Positions 47,090 to 56,383 of a stretch of DNA of 64,000 bases are shown here, one piece after another. The translations under genes were made by a program, and so were the position numbers. Source of the stretch: an uncultured virus (IMG/VR IMGVR_UViG_3300031998_000073) (Duplodnaviria > Heunggongvirae > Uroviricota > Caudoviricetes); the IMG/VR virus record IMGVR_UViG_3300031998_000073; one strand, written 5' to 3'. Under the pieces are notes generated by a model, which ran no database searches, was not told where the DNA came from, and saw nothing but the letters and a program-made list of their open reading frames with translations. Numbering within the stretch: position 1 is the first letter of the stretch; every line of letters starts with the position of its first letter.

Positions 47090-47647
47090 CTAACCTAAGA
47101 ATGACGGGTGAATGTTCATGGGGCCGAGGCGGGAGTTGATCAGGGCGTTGATCTCGTTATAGGACTCGGCAGACTCCTTCTCGCACATGGCCGTATAAGG
47201 GTCGCTGGTCAGTGCGACAAGCAGGATATTGTACTCGACGGACTTTACGATGTAGTTGTGTACGGCATCGCGCAAGGGGTCGATGCAGTGTGGCGGCCAG
47301 TTGCCGGGAAGGGACAGGTAGATGCTCTTCTCCTCCCAGCCAGACGTGTGGTTGCTTGATATGCGGTGGACGAACGGCGACGGCAGGAAGAGGTACGCCT
47401 GCATGCGGCTCACACACTTGTCAAGGGCACGGTCTATCTGTCGGTTGACGGTGTATCCTTCGGATTCGCTGCCGGTGAGGATCGGCGTCTCGAGCTTTCG
47501 CTGCTTCTCCAGACTGTTGATGTCGGCCTCGATGTCGTGTACGATCTCCGGCTTCAGGATGATGATCTCGACAATCTGGCTGTCCCTCCGCGGTCTGGGA
47601 AGCGCGGAGGGCAGCAGGCGGTCTGTGTGAAGATGATGCGGGTACAT
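47090..47647 (-). CDS. putative head-tail connector protein (paralog 4)
   Basis: Shares an (H/E)xYxV helix pattern with its neighbours; portal operon. Confidence 0.55.
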   Translation of the reverse strand: MYPHHLHTDRLLPSALPRPRRDSQIVEIIILKPEIVHDIEADINSLEKQRKLETPILTGSESEGYTVNRQIDRALDKCVSRMQAYLFLPSPFVHRISSNHTSGWEEKSIYLSLPGNWPPHCIDPLRDAVHNYIVKSVEYNILLVALTSDPYTAMCEKESAESYNEINALINSRLGPMNIHPSFLG

Positions 47648-47655
47648 GTGAGTAA

Positions 47656-47683
47656 TTGAAAATTGAAGATTGAAAATTGAAGA
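47656..47683. repeat. TTGAA(A/G)A heptamer tandem repeat
   Basis: Four copies, intergenic. Confidence 0.8.
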
Positions 47684-48541
47684 TTATTTCACTACCCTTA
47701 CTGCAAACTTGGCAAACACACGGTCATCGTGGCGCGAGAAGAGGGTTACGACGCAGAAGCCTGCGGACATTCCCTTCAGGTGCCAGCGCCCGTCATTGCC
47801 GATGCAGGGATGGCAGCAGGGATTGTCGGCACGTACCATGATGTCGTCGATGACGGACGTGTCGTTGTCATCGCCGTAGATGGTGTACGAGATCTCGCTG
47901 TCGTCGCCGATGCCGATGATCCACGGATTGGAGAACAGCTGCACGTCCTGTACGTGCCCCGTGTTGTCCGGCGTGATGATGCCTGGCACGTCATCGCGCG
48001 ACGGGATGACCGGGTATCTGATCACTATGGACTTCGGGAACCGGTAGAGGGGAGCCGACGGAGCCGTCTTCTGGAAGCAGGCCATGATGCCGGCACGGTC
48101 TTCCTCGGCAGCGCCTCCGTAGATGGCCGCAAACTCCTTGCTGACGCTGTGCCACCAGAGATAGATCATGCGGTCTTCGACGAACTTCTGCGATAGGCGG
48201 GCCAGCGTTTTAGTGTAGCCGTCGTTGAAGCGGTCTGATACGTTCAGCAGGATATCCGTCACTCCGTTGGCCTCGGTGCCGCTGATGGTGGCGTCCTCGG
48301 CGACGTTGCCGCCGCCGGTGAGATAGTCGGCAAAGAAGGTCTTCAGCACCTCTATCTGTGAGAACATGTAGCGTGAGAGCATCGCCTCATGGTATGCCTC
48401 GTTGCCTGCCTGCTCATGGAAGGCGGCTGCGATGAGCTTTGGATCCACGGCCTTGTCAACGACGCCCTTCTGATAGGTCTCGTTCTTGGCCGAGTTCATG
48501 GCCAGGCCGTGGATGATAGTGATCTTGATAGTCTTACTCAT
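47684..48541 (-). CDS. putative connector protein (paralog 3) with C-terminal Ig-like extension
   Basis: DRFNDG..L....KFV...IYLWW...KTAP. Confidence 0.6.
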   Translation of the reverse strand: MSKTIKITIIHGLAMNSAKNETYQKGVVDKAVDPKLIAAAFHEQAGNEAYHEAMLSRYMFSQIEVLKTFFADYLTGGGNVAEDATISGTEANGVTDILLNVSDRFNDGYTKTLARLSQKFVEDRMIYLWWHSVSKEFAAIYGGAAEEDRAGIMACFQKTAPSAPLYRFPKSIVIRYPVIPSRDDVPGIITPDNTGHVQDVQLFSNPWIIGIGDDSEISYTIYGDDNDTSVIDDIMVRADNPCCHPCIGNDGRWHLKGMSAGFCVVTLFSRHDDRVFAKFAVRVVK

Positions 48542-48554
48542 GTCTTCTGTGCTT

Positions 48555-49085
48555 TTAGTTCTGCGTCACTGTGCCGGTGACGTCGGTGTAGTCGGCTGAC
48601 GATGCCTCGGGTGCCGTCTTGGACAGGCAGAGCCGGATATGGTTGACGGCATCCTGGGCGTCAACGACAAAGTTCTTTGAGTACTCGGGCTTGCTCTTTC
48701 GCCACCAGTCGTAGAGCATCTGGCTGATAAGGTACTCCTCACAGAGCGACGACATGGGCTTGGCCAGCCCGTCGTTGTAGCGGTCATTGACGACCATGGT
48801 GACGGTGAACGTGTCGGATAATGAGGAGAGCGTGTCGCTGATGGAGCCTGTCGCCACTTCAAGGAACTCGGCCATTTGTGCCTCGAACTTCCCGAGGGCG
48901 GCCTTCAGGTAGCGTAGCATCTGGCGGTCCTGGTGCTGCTCCCCTCCTGCCTGCTGTGCGGAGGCCGATGCGGCCAGCTTCACGGGATCCTCCACCTTCT
49001 CTATGCGCGCGGTGTCGAACGAGTCTGCCTTGACGGCCTCGAAGATCAGCGCCTTGTCGAGATTCAATACGATAGTCTTTGACAT
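48555..49085 (-). CDS. putative connector protein (paralog 2)
   Basis: DRYNDG....SLCEEYL....YDWW...KTAP. Confidence 0.6.
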   Translation of the reverse strand: MSKTIVLNLDKALIFEAVKADSFDTARIEKVEDPVKLAASASAQQAGGEQHQDRQMLRYLKAALGKFEAQMAEFLEVATGSISDTLSSLSDTFTVTMVVNDRYNDGLAKPMSSLCEEYLISQMLYDWWRKSKPEYSKNFVVDAQDAVNHIRLCLSKTAPEASSADYTDVTGTVTQN

Positions 49086-49096
49086 ATTTATATATA

Positions 49097-49567
49097 TTAT
49101 GTGGTTGTGATTACTGTCGAAGTGGATGATACGATGTCGTGCGTGCCCTCCGGCGCCTTCTTCTCATGGATGAGGCGCACGACGGCAGAGAGCTGGCGCT
49201 TCATGTCGCCGAAATACTTGTCTGCGATTCGCGGTGACGTGACGGTGAACCAGGAATAGAGGGCGTAGGACACGCAGTACTCGTCACACGACTTGCTGAT
49301 GAAGTTGTTGAGTGCGTCGTTGTGGCTTGTCGGCAGCGTAATCGTGATGGTGTCATTTTCCTCTGCGGTGATGAAGGCCTCCATCTCTGCCGCGATGTCG
49401 ATGACGGCCTGACGGAGGTAGTCCTCGATGATGCCCTTCTCGTTGGTGCCGAGGGTGATGTCCCCAAAGAGGCGGTTGCCGTTATCGTCGGTACTCCGTT
49501 TGCCGATGATGGAGAGTGAGCGGGAAACCTTGCCGTACAGGGCCGTATAGTCGAATGTCTTCTGCAT
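49097..49567 (-). CDS. putative connector protein (paralog 1)
   Basis: HNDAL....SCDEYCV..LYSWF...KKAP. Confidence 0.6.
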   Translation of the reverse strand: MQKTFDYTALYGKVSRSLSIIGKRSTDDNGNRLFGDITLGTNEKGIIEDYLRQAVIDIAAEMEAFITAEENDTITITLPTSHNDALNNFISKSCDEYCVSYALYSWFTVTSPRIADKYFGDMKRQLSAVVRLIHEKKAPEGTHDIVSSTSTVITTT

Positions 49568-49573
49568 AGGCGG

Positions 49574-51613
49574 TTACTGTTGGAGTGTGAACGGCTGTCC
49601 TGCGCCCTGGCGGGTCAGGAGCTGGCCGGGGCCGTTAAGCAACTGTGTGGCGATCTGTGCCTGCTGCTGGTCTGCACCCGGAACCTGGACGGGAGCGCCC
49701 GGCACCTGTCCTGACATGACCTGCTGCTGGTAGTTGTCGATATCCTGGAGGAGCTTGTCGGTGAACGGGGCGTCGAGGTTCTTCAGGTAGGTACGCACGT
49801 CGATGGCCCTGCTCTCCCAGAGCATGTTCAGCACCTCGTTGCCCATCTGGTAGAAGGCAGCCGAGGCCGCGGAGTTCTTGATGGAGACGTTCGCCTTGAC
49901 GTTGCGGCAGGCGTTGGCACGGTAGAAGACCTGCCTGTCGGACTTCTTCGGCGTGATGTCGCGCCCCTCCTCGTAGAACTGCTGGAGAGATACCAGCGTC
50001 TTCATGGCTACGCGCTCCTCGAAGCCGTTGAACTTCTTGATCAGCGGGTAGATGGTCGTGGTGGCGTTCTGTGCCTCCATGGCGTAGCGCGAGGCAGCCG
50101 TGCCGCTGGTGGGCGTCTTGCCCTGGAGGGCGCCGGACACGCCAGACACCTCATGTATCATGTTGAGCTGCGTCTGCAGCATCTCGTTGGCGCCCGTGTT
50201 GAATGCCGAGTGCGTATAGAACTCCGGCTTTGCGCCCGTCTGCCGCTTCGTGTCATCATAGACGAACACGGCGTCGAAGCGGGACTTCTGGCTGGCATAC
50301 TCCTCGGTGCTCATTCCCTCCGGCCTCAGCGACAGCGGGAGGAACGTCATGCCCTTGGCAGCGGTACGGATGGCGTAGTCGTTGATCATCACCATGCGGT
50401 TGATGTACTTCTGCTGGTCGATGAAGCTGCCCATGAAGGAATGTACCTCGCCGTTGACGAACGGGAATAGCGACATGGTGAAGGGATGGCTCTTGTAGTC
50501 GTAGGGCGTCTCACCCTCGCAGAGGATCCGTCCGTCGGGAGCCATGAAGTAGTACTGCCAGTACTTGTCAACGATCTCACGGGCCGTGATAAGCGCCCAC
50601 TGATCCCTGGGCACATTCTTCTCCTCATACAGTGCCATGCGCTCACGGTTGATGTCGATGACATACTTCAGATCCTCCTTCTCGCAGCGGAAATACTTGT
50701 CTATCTGATCGGTGGCCAGCGGGTCGAAGCACTGGTAGCGGGGCTTCACCTCCTCGCGCCACACCTCGATGACACGGCAGAGGCCGAGGTTGGACGGCTG
50801 GTAGAATGACAGGCTTTCGTAGCTGTGCCTGTCGTTGAGCTGCTGAGACGTCTGGCGGTTCATGTTGCCCACCTCGCCGATATGGAAGATCTCATCGAGG
50901 TCGTCGATGGTCAGCCCGTACTCCGGCTTGGCGAAGTGGTAGTAGATGTTCTCGGGCGTCATCTCATGCAGGCATCCGATCATGTGGATATCCTGATGGG
51001 TAGGATCGCTGCCGCCCTCCCAGAACATGATGTCGGGGTTCATGACGTCGTTGTACGAGTCGAAGAGTTCCTGGCGCTCCTCGAACGTGTTTCGCATGAA
51101 GGCCGCGGATGATATGAGGTATTCGGCGAAGCCTGAGTCGAGCTTCTCCGACATGTACTGGTTCTGCCAGTTGGTCTGTATGGCTGCGGAGAGGTTGTCG
51201 GAGAGTTCCTTGGCCGCCTGGTTGCGCGCGTAGCATACAGGCTCCGTCTCCTGCTTGGCATGGATGCCGAAGACGCTCATCCACAATGAGATCATGATAT
51301 TGTTCTTCAGCGGCGTGAGGCCCTGCATCTGGATCCACCTCTCTTCGGTCATGTCGCCGTGGCCATAGACGTGTATCACCTCGCCCCACTGGTTGCCGAA
51401 GAGCATCTTCAGCACGCGGTGCCGCTCCTGCCTGAAATCATCCTTGTTATTCCATGAGCGCGCGCACTCGGAAAGCAGCGCCTGGTCGTACTTCTCTTCC
51501 TGCAGATTGCGCTCCCGGCGCTCCTTGACGGTGTCCCTCCGGCTGCCCTTCTGCAGCGGACGGACGTCATCGAGTGTGAGCAGCGGCCTTGTCGGCTTTG
51601 TCGGCTTTGTCAT
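49574..51613 (-). CDS. portal protein (P22-like)
   Basis: FGNQW, LKNNI, IDQQKYINR and EVSGVSGALQG..SG.A motifs; Gln-rich tail. Confidence 0.85.
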   Translation of the reverse strand: MTKPTKPTRPLLTLDDVRPLQKGSRRDTVKERRERNLQEEKYDQALLSECARSWNNKDDFRQERHRVLKMLFGNQWGEVIHVYGHGDMTEERWIQMQGLTPLKNNIMISLWMSVFGIHAKQETEPVCYARNQAAKELSDNLSAAIQTNWQNQYMSEKLDSGFAEYLISSAAFMRNTFEERQELFDSYNDVMNPDIMFWEGGSDPTHQDIHMIGCLHEMTPENIYYHFAKPEYGLTIDDLDEIFHIGEVGNMNRQTSQQLNDRHSYESLSFYQPSNLGLCRVIEVWREEVKPRYQCFDPLATDQIDKYFRCEKEDLKYVIDINRERMALYEEKNVPRDQWALITAREIVDKYWQYYFMAPDGRILCEGETPYDYKSHPFTMSLFPFVNGEVHSFMGSFIDQQKYINRMVMINDYAIRTAAKGMTFLPLSLRPEGMSTEEYASQKSRFDAVFVYDDTKRQTGAKPEFYTHSAFNTGANEMLQTQLNMIHEVSGVSGALQGKTPTSGTAASRYAMEAQNATTTIYPLIKKFNGFEERVAMKTLVSLQQFYEEGRDITPKKSDRQVFYRANACRNVKANVSIKNSAASAAFYQMGNEVLNMLWESRAIDVRTYLKNLDAPFTDKLLQDIDNYQQQVMSGQVPGAPVQVPGADQQQAQIATQLLNGPGQLLTRQGAGQPFTLQQ

Positions 51614-51633
51614 ATACCTGAGTCTTTTTTGTG

Positions 51634-51673
51634 CAAAGATAAGCCCCGGAGGCGGTTATCTTTTCATATAATT
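51634..51673 (-). promoter_or_regulatory. late-type promoter for the portal operon
   Basis: AATTATATGAAA-N20-TATCTTTG. Confidence 0.8.
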
Positions 51674-51705
51674 TCGCCAGCCGTACAAATCTGCGACAAC
51701 GGAAA

Positions 51706-51745
51706 AATTATATGAAAGAACAAGGTGTTTTATCCCTTAATTTTG
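51706..51745 (+). promoter_or_regulatory. late-type promoter for the capsid operon
   Basis: AATTATATGAAA-N20-TAATTTTG. Confidence 0.8.
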
Positions 51746-51764
51746 GGGCATAATTTTTCAGAAC

Positions 51765-52196
51765 ATGGCAGAAAAGACCAACAAGATCCCGAAGAAGGCA
51801 TACGCGGTGATGCAGGATGCGCTGTTTGAAAAGGACGGCACAGGTGCATACAAGCCGCGCGAGATGGCCAAGGAGGGCATGACCTCCCTGAAGAAGCATG
51901 CCACAAGCCTTGTGGTGGTATGTACCGACAGCAGCGTGGAGGACGTTACAAGCCTGCTGACGAAGAACGAGATCCCGCACGACAAGGTGGTCAGGCTGGA
52001 TGAAAACTTCGACTATATCGTGACCGGCGACGACAACTGCGTCAAGGCATGGTCGTGGAAGGGCGCGCTGGAGGATATCGGCTGGAAGCTGAAGCACCAG
52101 CCTGAGCCTAAGCAGGACACGCAGAAGCAGGCCGACAACTCGCTGGAACACTTCTTCAAGAATGCACAGAAGGACTGCTGTGTATGTGGAGATTAA
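51765..52196 (+). CDS. hypothetical protein (possibly a degenerate HAD-like fold)
   Basis: First gene after the late promoter. Confidence 0.7.
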   Translation: MAEKTNKIPKKAYAVMQDALFEKDGTGAYKPREMAKEGMTSLKKHATSLVVVCTDSSVEDVTSLLTKNEIPHDKVVRLDENFDYIVTGDDNCVKAWSWKGALEDIGWKLKHQPEPKQDTQKQADNSLEHFFKNAQKDCCVCGD

Positions 52197-52221
52197 TCAA
52201 AATTTAATAACTGAGATATAT

Positions 52222-53028
52222 ATGGCTACAACAGACACCAACGGAGGGCAGGAAGCCCAGCAGCAGCCGCAGAGCGCGCGAGACCGCTACCGCAGCCGCT
52301 ACAGTGCAGCCCACCCAGACCTGAACCTCGACGATGACGAGGCTTTCTACGACCAGGCCAACCGGAACCTTGACGAACTCGAGGACTTCCGCAAGACCAA
52401 CAAGGAGCTTGGCGACGCCTTCGACAAGACCCCGCTTCTGGCCGGCATCGTGCTTGCCGCGAGATCCGGCGAGAATCCCTTTACCTATCTTGCGGAGCAG
52501 ATCGGCCCCGATGCCGACATCCGTGAGCTGGCCAGTAACCCCGAGTTCAGCAAGGCCATGGGCGACGCCCTGGCAAAGTTCCAGGAGCGTCAGGCCGCAG
52601 GCGCCAAGGCAGATAAGGAGGCCGGGGAGAACTTCCAGAAGAGCATGGACGCCCTGGCAGAGCTTCAGCAGGAGAGGGGACTGAGTGACGAGGACCGCAT
52701 CGGACTCATCAAGAAGCTCTTCGGCGTGATCGACCCTGAGACAAAGGAGGTCATCGAGCCGGGCATCATCGGCAACGCCTCCGTCGGCATCGTGCCCAAG
52801 GAGGTGTGGGAGGCCGTGCTGAAGGCACAGAACTACGACAGCGACATCGCATCGGCCACCGAGAAGGCGCGCGCCACTGCACTCAACGAGAAGATCCAGA
52901 ACGGCAGGAAGGACTTCAAGGGCGCAGGCGTCCCCAGCCTCGGCAGCGGCAGCGCAGGCGCACGTACCGCTCCGAAGAAGAAGAACGACGGCAGTCTGAA
53001 GGCATTCCAGGAGAGCTTGGGCGTATGA
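52222..53028 (+). CDS. putative capsid scaffolding protein
   Basis: Acidic helical protein upstream of the MCP with a flexible G/S-rich C-terminal tail. Confidence 0.6.
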   Translation: MATTDTNGGQEAQQQPQSARDRYRSRYSAAHPDLNLDDDEAFYDQANRNLDELEDFRKTNKELGDAFDKTPLLAGIVLAARSGENPFTYLAEQIGPDADIRELASNPEFSKAMGDALAKFQERQAAGAKADKEAGENFQKSMDALAELQQERGLSDEDRIGLIKKLFGVIDPETKEVIEPGIIGNASVGIVPKEVWEAVLKAQNYDSDIASATEKARATALNEKIQNGRKDFKGAGVPSLGSGSAGARTAPKKKNDGSLKAFQESLGV

Positions 53029-53204
53029 TGAAGGACTGTCCCGTTATGGATCCCAGCCCGGGGCATCCAGACCCAGTGGATCCGGCAAAGAGCGACATGC
53101 TCCCATTCGGACGCAGAGCAGGACAGAACCTCAGCGGAACGCAGATGAGCGCAACGCAGCTGAAGCGCGGAGGACTCGTAAGAGCAAGACATATAAAGAA
53201 ATGA
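53025..53204 (+). CDS. 59-aa paralog of the MCP N-terminal arm
   Basis: DPSPGHPDPVDP..DM....AGQNLSGTQMSATQLKRG versus MCP DPDPANPDPVDP..DM....AGQNLPGTQGSATQIRRG; ATGA overlap. Confidence 0.65.
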   Translation: MMKDCPVMDPSPGHPDPVDPAKSDMLPFGRRAGQNLSGTQMSATQLKRGGLVRARHIKK

Positions 53205-53236
53205 ATAATAAACAACCCATTAAAACAACAGAGAGA

Positions 53237-55045
53237 ATGAAAAAGATTCAGAATTTTGTGGAGAGACACGGACTGATCATCAGCCTGCTCTTCGTAGTGA
53301 TGGCCGTCCTGACGGGCGGCACCGGCATCTGTCTGGCTGAGGGCGCAGCCGTGGTCGATCCAGACCCCGCCAATCCCGACCCCGTAGATCCGACAGTTAA
53401 TGACATGGGCGACGCCACCGGTGAGGGCGCAGGACAGAACCTGCCAGGCACCCAGGGCAGCGCCACGCAGATCCGTCGCGGCGACCTCGACACCGAGGAG
53501 TACGACCCCGACATCGTAAAGTACAATGCACCCAAGTTCGTGCTGCTGAACTTCGCCCGTACCGTGGCCGTGCAGCGCAGCGTGAAGGGCTATGAGATCG
53601 ACCACTTCCGTATCGGTGAGGCCAGCCTGACGCTCCGCACTACCGCACAGATCAACGAGGCCGAGAGCATCAAGCTGAGCGCGTCGAACTGCAGCGGCAA
53701 CCTGAACGACCTGGGCGTCAGCTCAACCGTCATCGTGAAGGGCGTGAAGGGCTACCAGAAGGGCAGCACCACCAAGACCAGCGGCGACCTTGTGCTGTAT
53801 GTCAGCGCAGCCGACGAGGACGAGGTGACGCTCCGTCCGCTGAACGGTAAGGCCAAGGTGGAGGGAACCATGAGCGACTACATGCGCGACTACCTCGTGC
53901 CCGCCATCCCCGCCAACACAGAGCTGTACATCTCCAGCTATGCCGGCTCCGAGTCGCAGAAGATCGTTTCTCCCGACAACAGCCAGCCCCGTTCGACCCG
54001 CGTCTATCTGCAGAAGCGACTCTTTAATATCCTTATCACAGACCATGAGCGTGAGATCCTGAAGAAGACCCCGTGGGGATTCGACGAGATGCGCGACCAG
54101 GCACTGGCCAACTTCTCCAAGAAGTTCGAGCGCGACCTGTGGGACGGCGTGCAGACCCGCTACCTCATGCGCACGAAGGACGGCAACGAGGAGTATGTAT
54201 ATACCTCCGAGGGTATCCTCCGCCAGCTGACGAACACGCTGGGCATCGAGGGCAAGTTCAAGTACGCCCACATCACCGCCATCGGCAAGATCATGTTCAC
54301 CAAGTATGCAGAGACCACCGAGGCATACCTGCTCTGCGGTAAGAACAAGGTGGCCGAGATCGCCAACATGGAGGAGATCATCAAGCACATGGACGCCAAG
54401 TACGACCACAAGAAGACCGACTACGGCATCGTGGTGCGCGACCTCGTTTCGAACTTCGGCACGCTGCATATCACCTACGCCCCGATGATGGACGAGATCG
54501 GCTATGAGGACTTCTGCGTCGCAGTGCCCCTCCAGATCGCCCGCTACTACCACAAGGTGAAGAAGGAGTCAAACATCGACCTGAACAAGGCCGGCAACGA
54601 CGCACGCGAGGCCATGCGCTATACCTATATCGAGATCGGCGCCCTGGCACTCCGCGGTCAGAACTCCCTGCTTGTCGGTCCTTCCGACCAGATCATCGAC
54701 AAGAACATCAGCGACGACACCGAGCCTATCGAGGTGGTGGACGCCATCCCCAGCAACCCGACGGACGGCATGATCATCTCCTTCGACGGCCTGCTGAGCG
54801 AGGACGGCGAGGTGACGAAGGTGAGCGCACTGCCTGCCGATCCCGCAGAGGGCGACATCATCGCGCCGACACAGGATATCGTCGTAGGTACCGATCCCGA
54901 CACCGTGACCTACGAGGAAGGCAAGTACTACATCTATGAGAGCAATGCCTGGACCGAGTACGACGGCGTAGTCCTCGACGGCGACAAGGTATGGCAGTGG
55001 GACGAGGATTCCAGCCAGTGGGTGGAGTACACCGGAAACGTCTAA
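53237..55045 (+). CDS. major capsid protein (DUF5309/SU10-like) with N-terminal hydrophobic helix and acidic C-terminal extension
   Basis: Strong codon bias; LQKR, FERDLWDG, EGIL and NFGTLHI motifs; position after the scaffold candidate. Confidence 0.8.
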   Translation: MKKIQNFVERHGLIISLLFVVMAVLTGGTGICLAEGAAVVDPDPANPDPVDPTVNDMGDATGEGAGQNLPGTQGSATQIRRGDLDTEEYDPDIVKYNAPKFVLLNFARTVAVQRSVKGYEIDHFRIGEASLTLRTTAQINEAESIKLSASNCSGNLNDLGVSSTVIVKGVKGYQKGSTTKTSGDLVLYVSAADEDEVTLRPLNGKAKVEGTMSDYMRDYLVPAIPANTELYISSYAGSESQKIVSPDNSQPRSTRVYLQKRLFNILITDHEREILKKTPWGFDEMRDQALANFSKKFERDLWDGVQTRYLMRTKDGNEEYVYTSEGILRQLTNTLGIEGKFKYAHITAIGKIMFTKYAETTEAYLLCGKNKVAEIANMEEIIKHMDAKYDHKKTDYGIVVRDLVSNFGTLHITYAPMMDEIGYEDFCVAVPLQIARYYHKVKKESNIDLNKAGNDAREAMRYTYIEIGALALRGQNSLLVGPSDQIIDKNISDDTEPIEVVDAIPSNPTDGMIISFDGLLSEDGEVTKVSALPADPAEGDIIAPTQDIVVGTDPDTVTYEEGKYYIYESNAWTEYDGVVLDGDKVWQWDEDSSQWVEYTGNV

Positions 55046-55134
55046 ACGGACCTCCTTTCATTCGGGGTGGCTGCGTACCGGCTCCCGGCCATGCGGCCAC
55101 CCCATATTTTCCCAAAAAGCAAAAGTAAGACATT

Positions 55135-55665
55135 ATGCTGAAGATTTATCAACTAAGACTGAAGCAGAACACCTTCGAGGTCACGCTCCGATACAAGGGC
55201 GTAGGCGTGAGGGTGGCTTTCGTGGACGGCAATACCTACAACGGAGTGCCTGCCAAATGCTACACAAACGACCCGTTCAAGCAGCGTGCCATCGAGGCCA
55301 GCCAGATGTTCAAGGACAAGGAGATCGTGCTGGAGCGCACGGTTGAGGAGGAGGGTGACCGCAAGGCCGCTGCCGCCAAGTCCGCAAAGAAGGTGAGCAT
55401 GGCAGCCAAGACGAAGCAGGCCGCAAAGCCTGCAACCGCAAAGCCTGTAACCGCGAAGTCGCCAGAGCCTCCGAAAGACCAGGAGCCTCCGAAGGATCCC
55501 GAGTCAGGGAATGCCGGTGACGGTACAGCCGCCATGACATTCGACAACCTGGGCGAGGCCATCCAGTACATCGCCAAGGAATGGCAGATTCCCGTGCAGA
55601 CCGAGAGGGAGGCCCGCCAGGTGCTGAAGGATCACGGCATTAACCCGACCATCAAGAAGGGGTAA
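55135..55665 (+). CDS. hypothetical protein with Lys/Ala/Pro-rich linker
   Basis: Follows the MCP. Confidence 0.75.
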   Translation: MLKIYQLRLKQNTFEVTLRYKGVGVRVAFVDGNTYNGVPAKCYTNDPFKQRAIEASQMFKDKEIVLERTVEEEGDRKAAAAKSAKKVSMAAKTKQAAKPATAKPVTAKSPEPPKDQEPPKDPESGNAGDGTAAMTFDNLGEAIQYIAKEWQIPVQTEREARQVLKDHGINPTIKKG

Positions 55666-55685
55666 AAGAGTGAAAAGGTGAAGAG

Positions 55686-56366
55686 ATGCTGGTATCGGAG
55701 ATAGTGACACGGGTGAGGGCCGTCATCGACGAGCTGATGCAGAACGACTCGGACTTCCTCCGCGAGAGCGAGGACGAGAAGAACCTGACGTCGTTGATCA
55801 TCGACAAGATCGGCTACGCCCTGCAGCACGTCATCGAGAATGCGCCGCTCGACAAGCTCGACGACGACATGCTCGAGACGCTGACGGGGACGGAGCTGGC
55901 AAACAGCTTCTCCATCGACTCCACAAGCCTTGTCGCCACCCTGATACTTCCGACAGAACTTCTCCGCATCGTCGAGGCCCGGCTTTCGTCGTGGTCTCGT
56001 TTTCCTGTTCCTGAGCGTGACACGTCACAGGTGTACCTCATGCAGCAGGACCAGTACGCCCGAGGCTCATGGGACAGGCCCGTGAATATCCTGACCTACA
56101 ACGCCAGCGGCAAGAAGATACTGGAGATGTACAGCGCCAAGACCAGTGCCGACACGCTTGTGTTCGTGTTTGTGAGCAAGCCCGACACCACTGACATCGA
56201 CGCAGATCACATGTCAACGGACCTGGACGTGCCCTCACAGCTGGAGGCAGCGCTGATCTACCAGATTGCAGCCCTGACGATGACGGCCTTCAAGGATGAC
56301 GTGGCCGGATCGCTCTTCGCCATCGCCTCAAAGTACCTGGATCCCGACGCAGTGAACAATGAATAA
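55686..56366 (+). CDS. putative tail adaptor / tail tubular protein A-like
   Basis: Helical ends with a beta core; LPTELLRI and ALIYQIAA patterns. Confidence 0.55.
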   Translation: MLVSEIVTRVRAVIDELMQNDSDFLRESEDEKNLTSLIIDKIGYALQHVIENAPLDKLDDDMLETLTGTELANSFSIDSTSLVATLILPTELLRIVEARLSSWSRFPVPERDTSQVYLMQQDQYARGSWDRPVNILTYNASGKKILEMYSAKTSADTLVFVFVSKPDTTDIDADHMSTDLDVPSQLEAALIYQIAALTMTAFKDDVAGSLFAIASKYLDPDAVNNE

Positions 56367-56383
56367 TACGCTAACGCACGAAA

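Noticed and set aside
40732..54553. Long antisense ORFs opposite structural genes (e.g. 40732-41844, 45435-46637, 53723-54553)
   Set aside because: Expected shadows of GC3-biased genes, rich in V/L/H/D with no motifs
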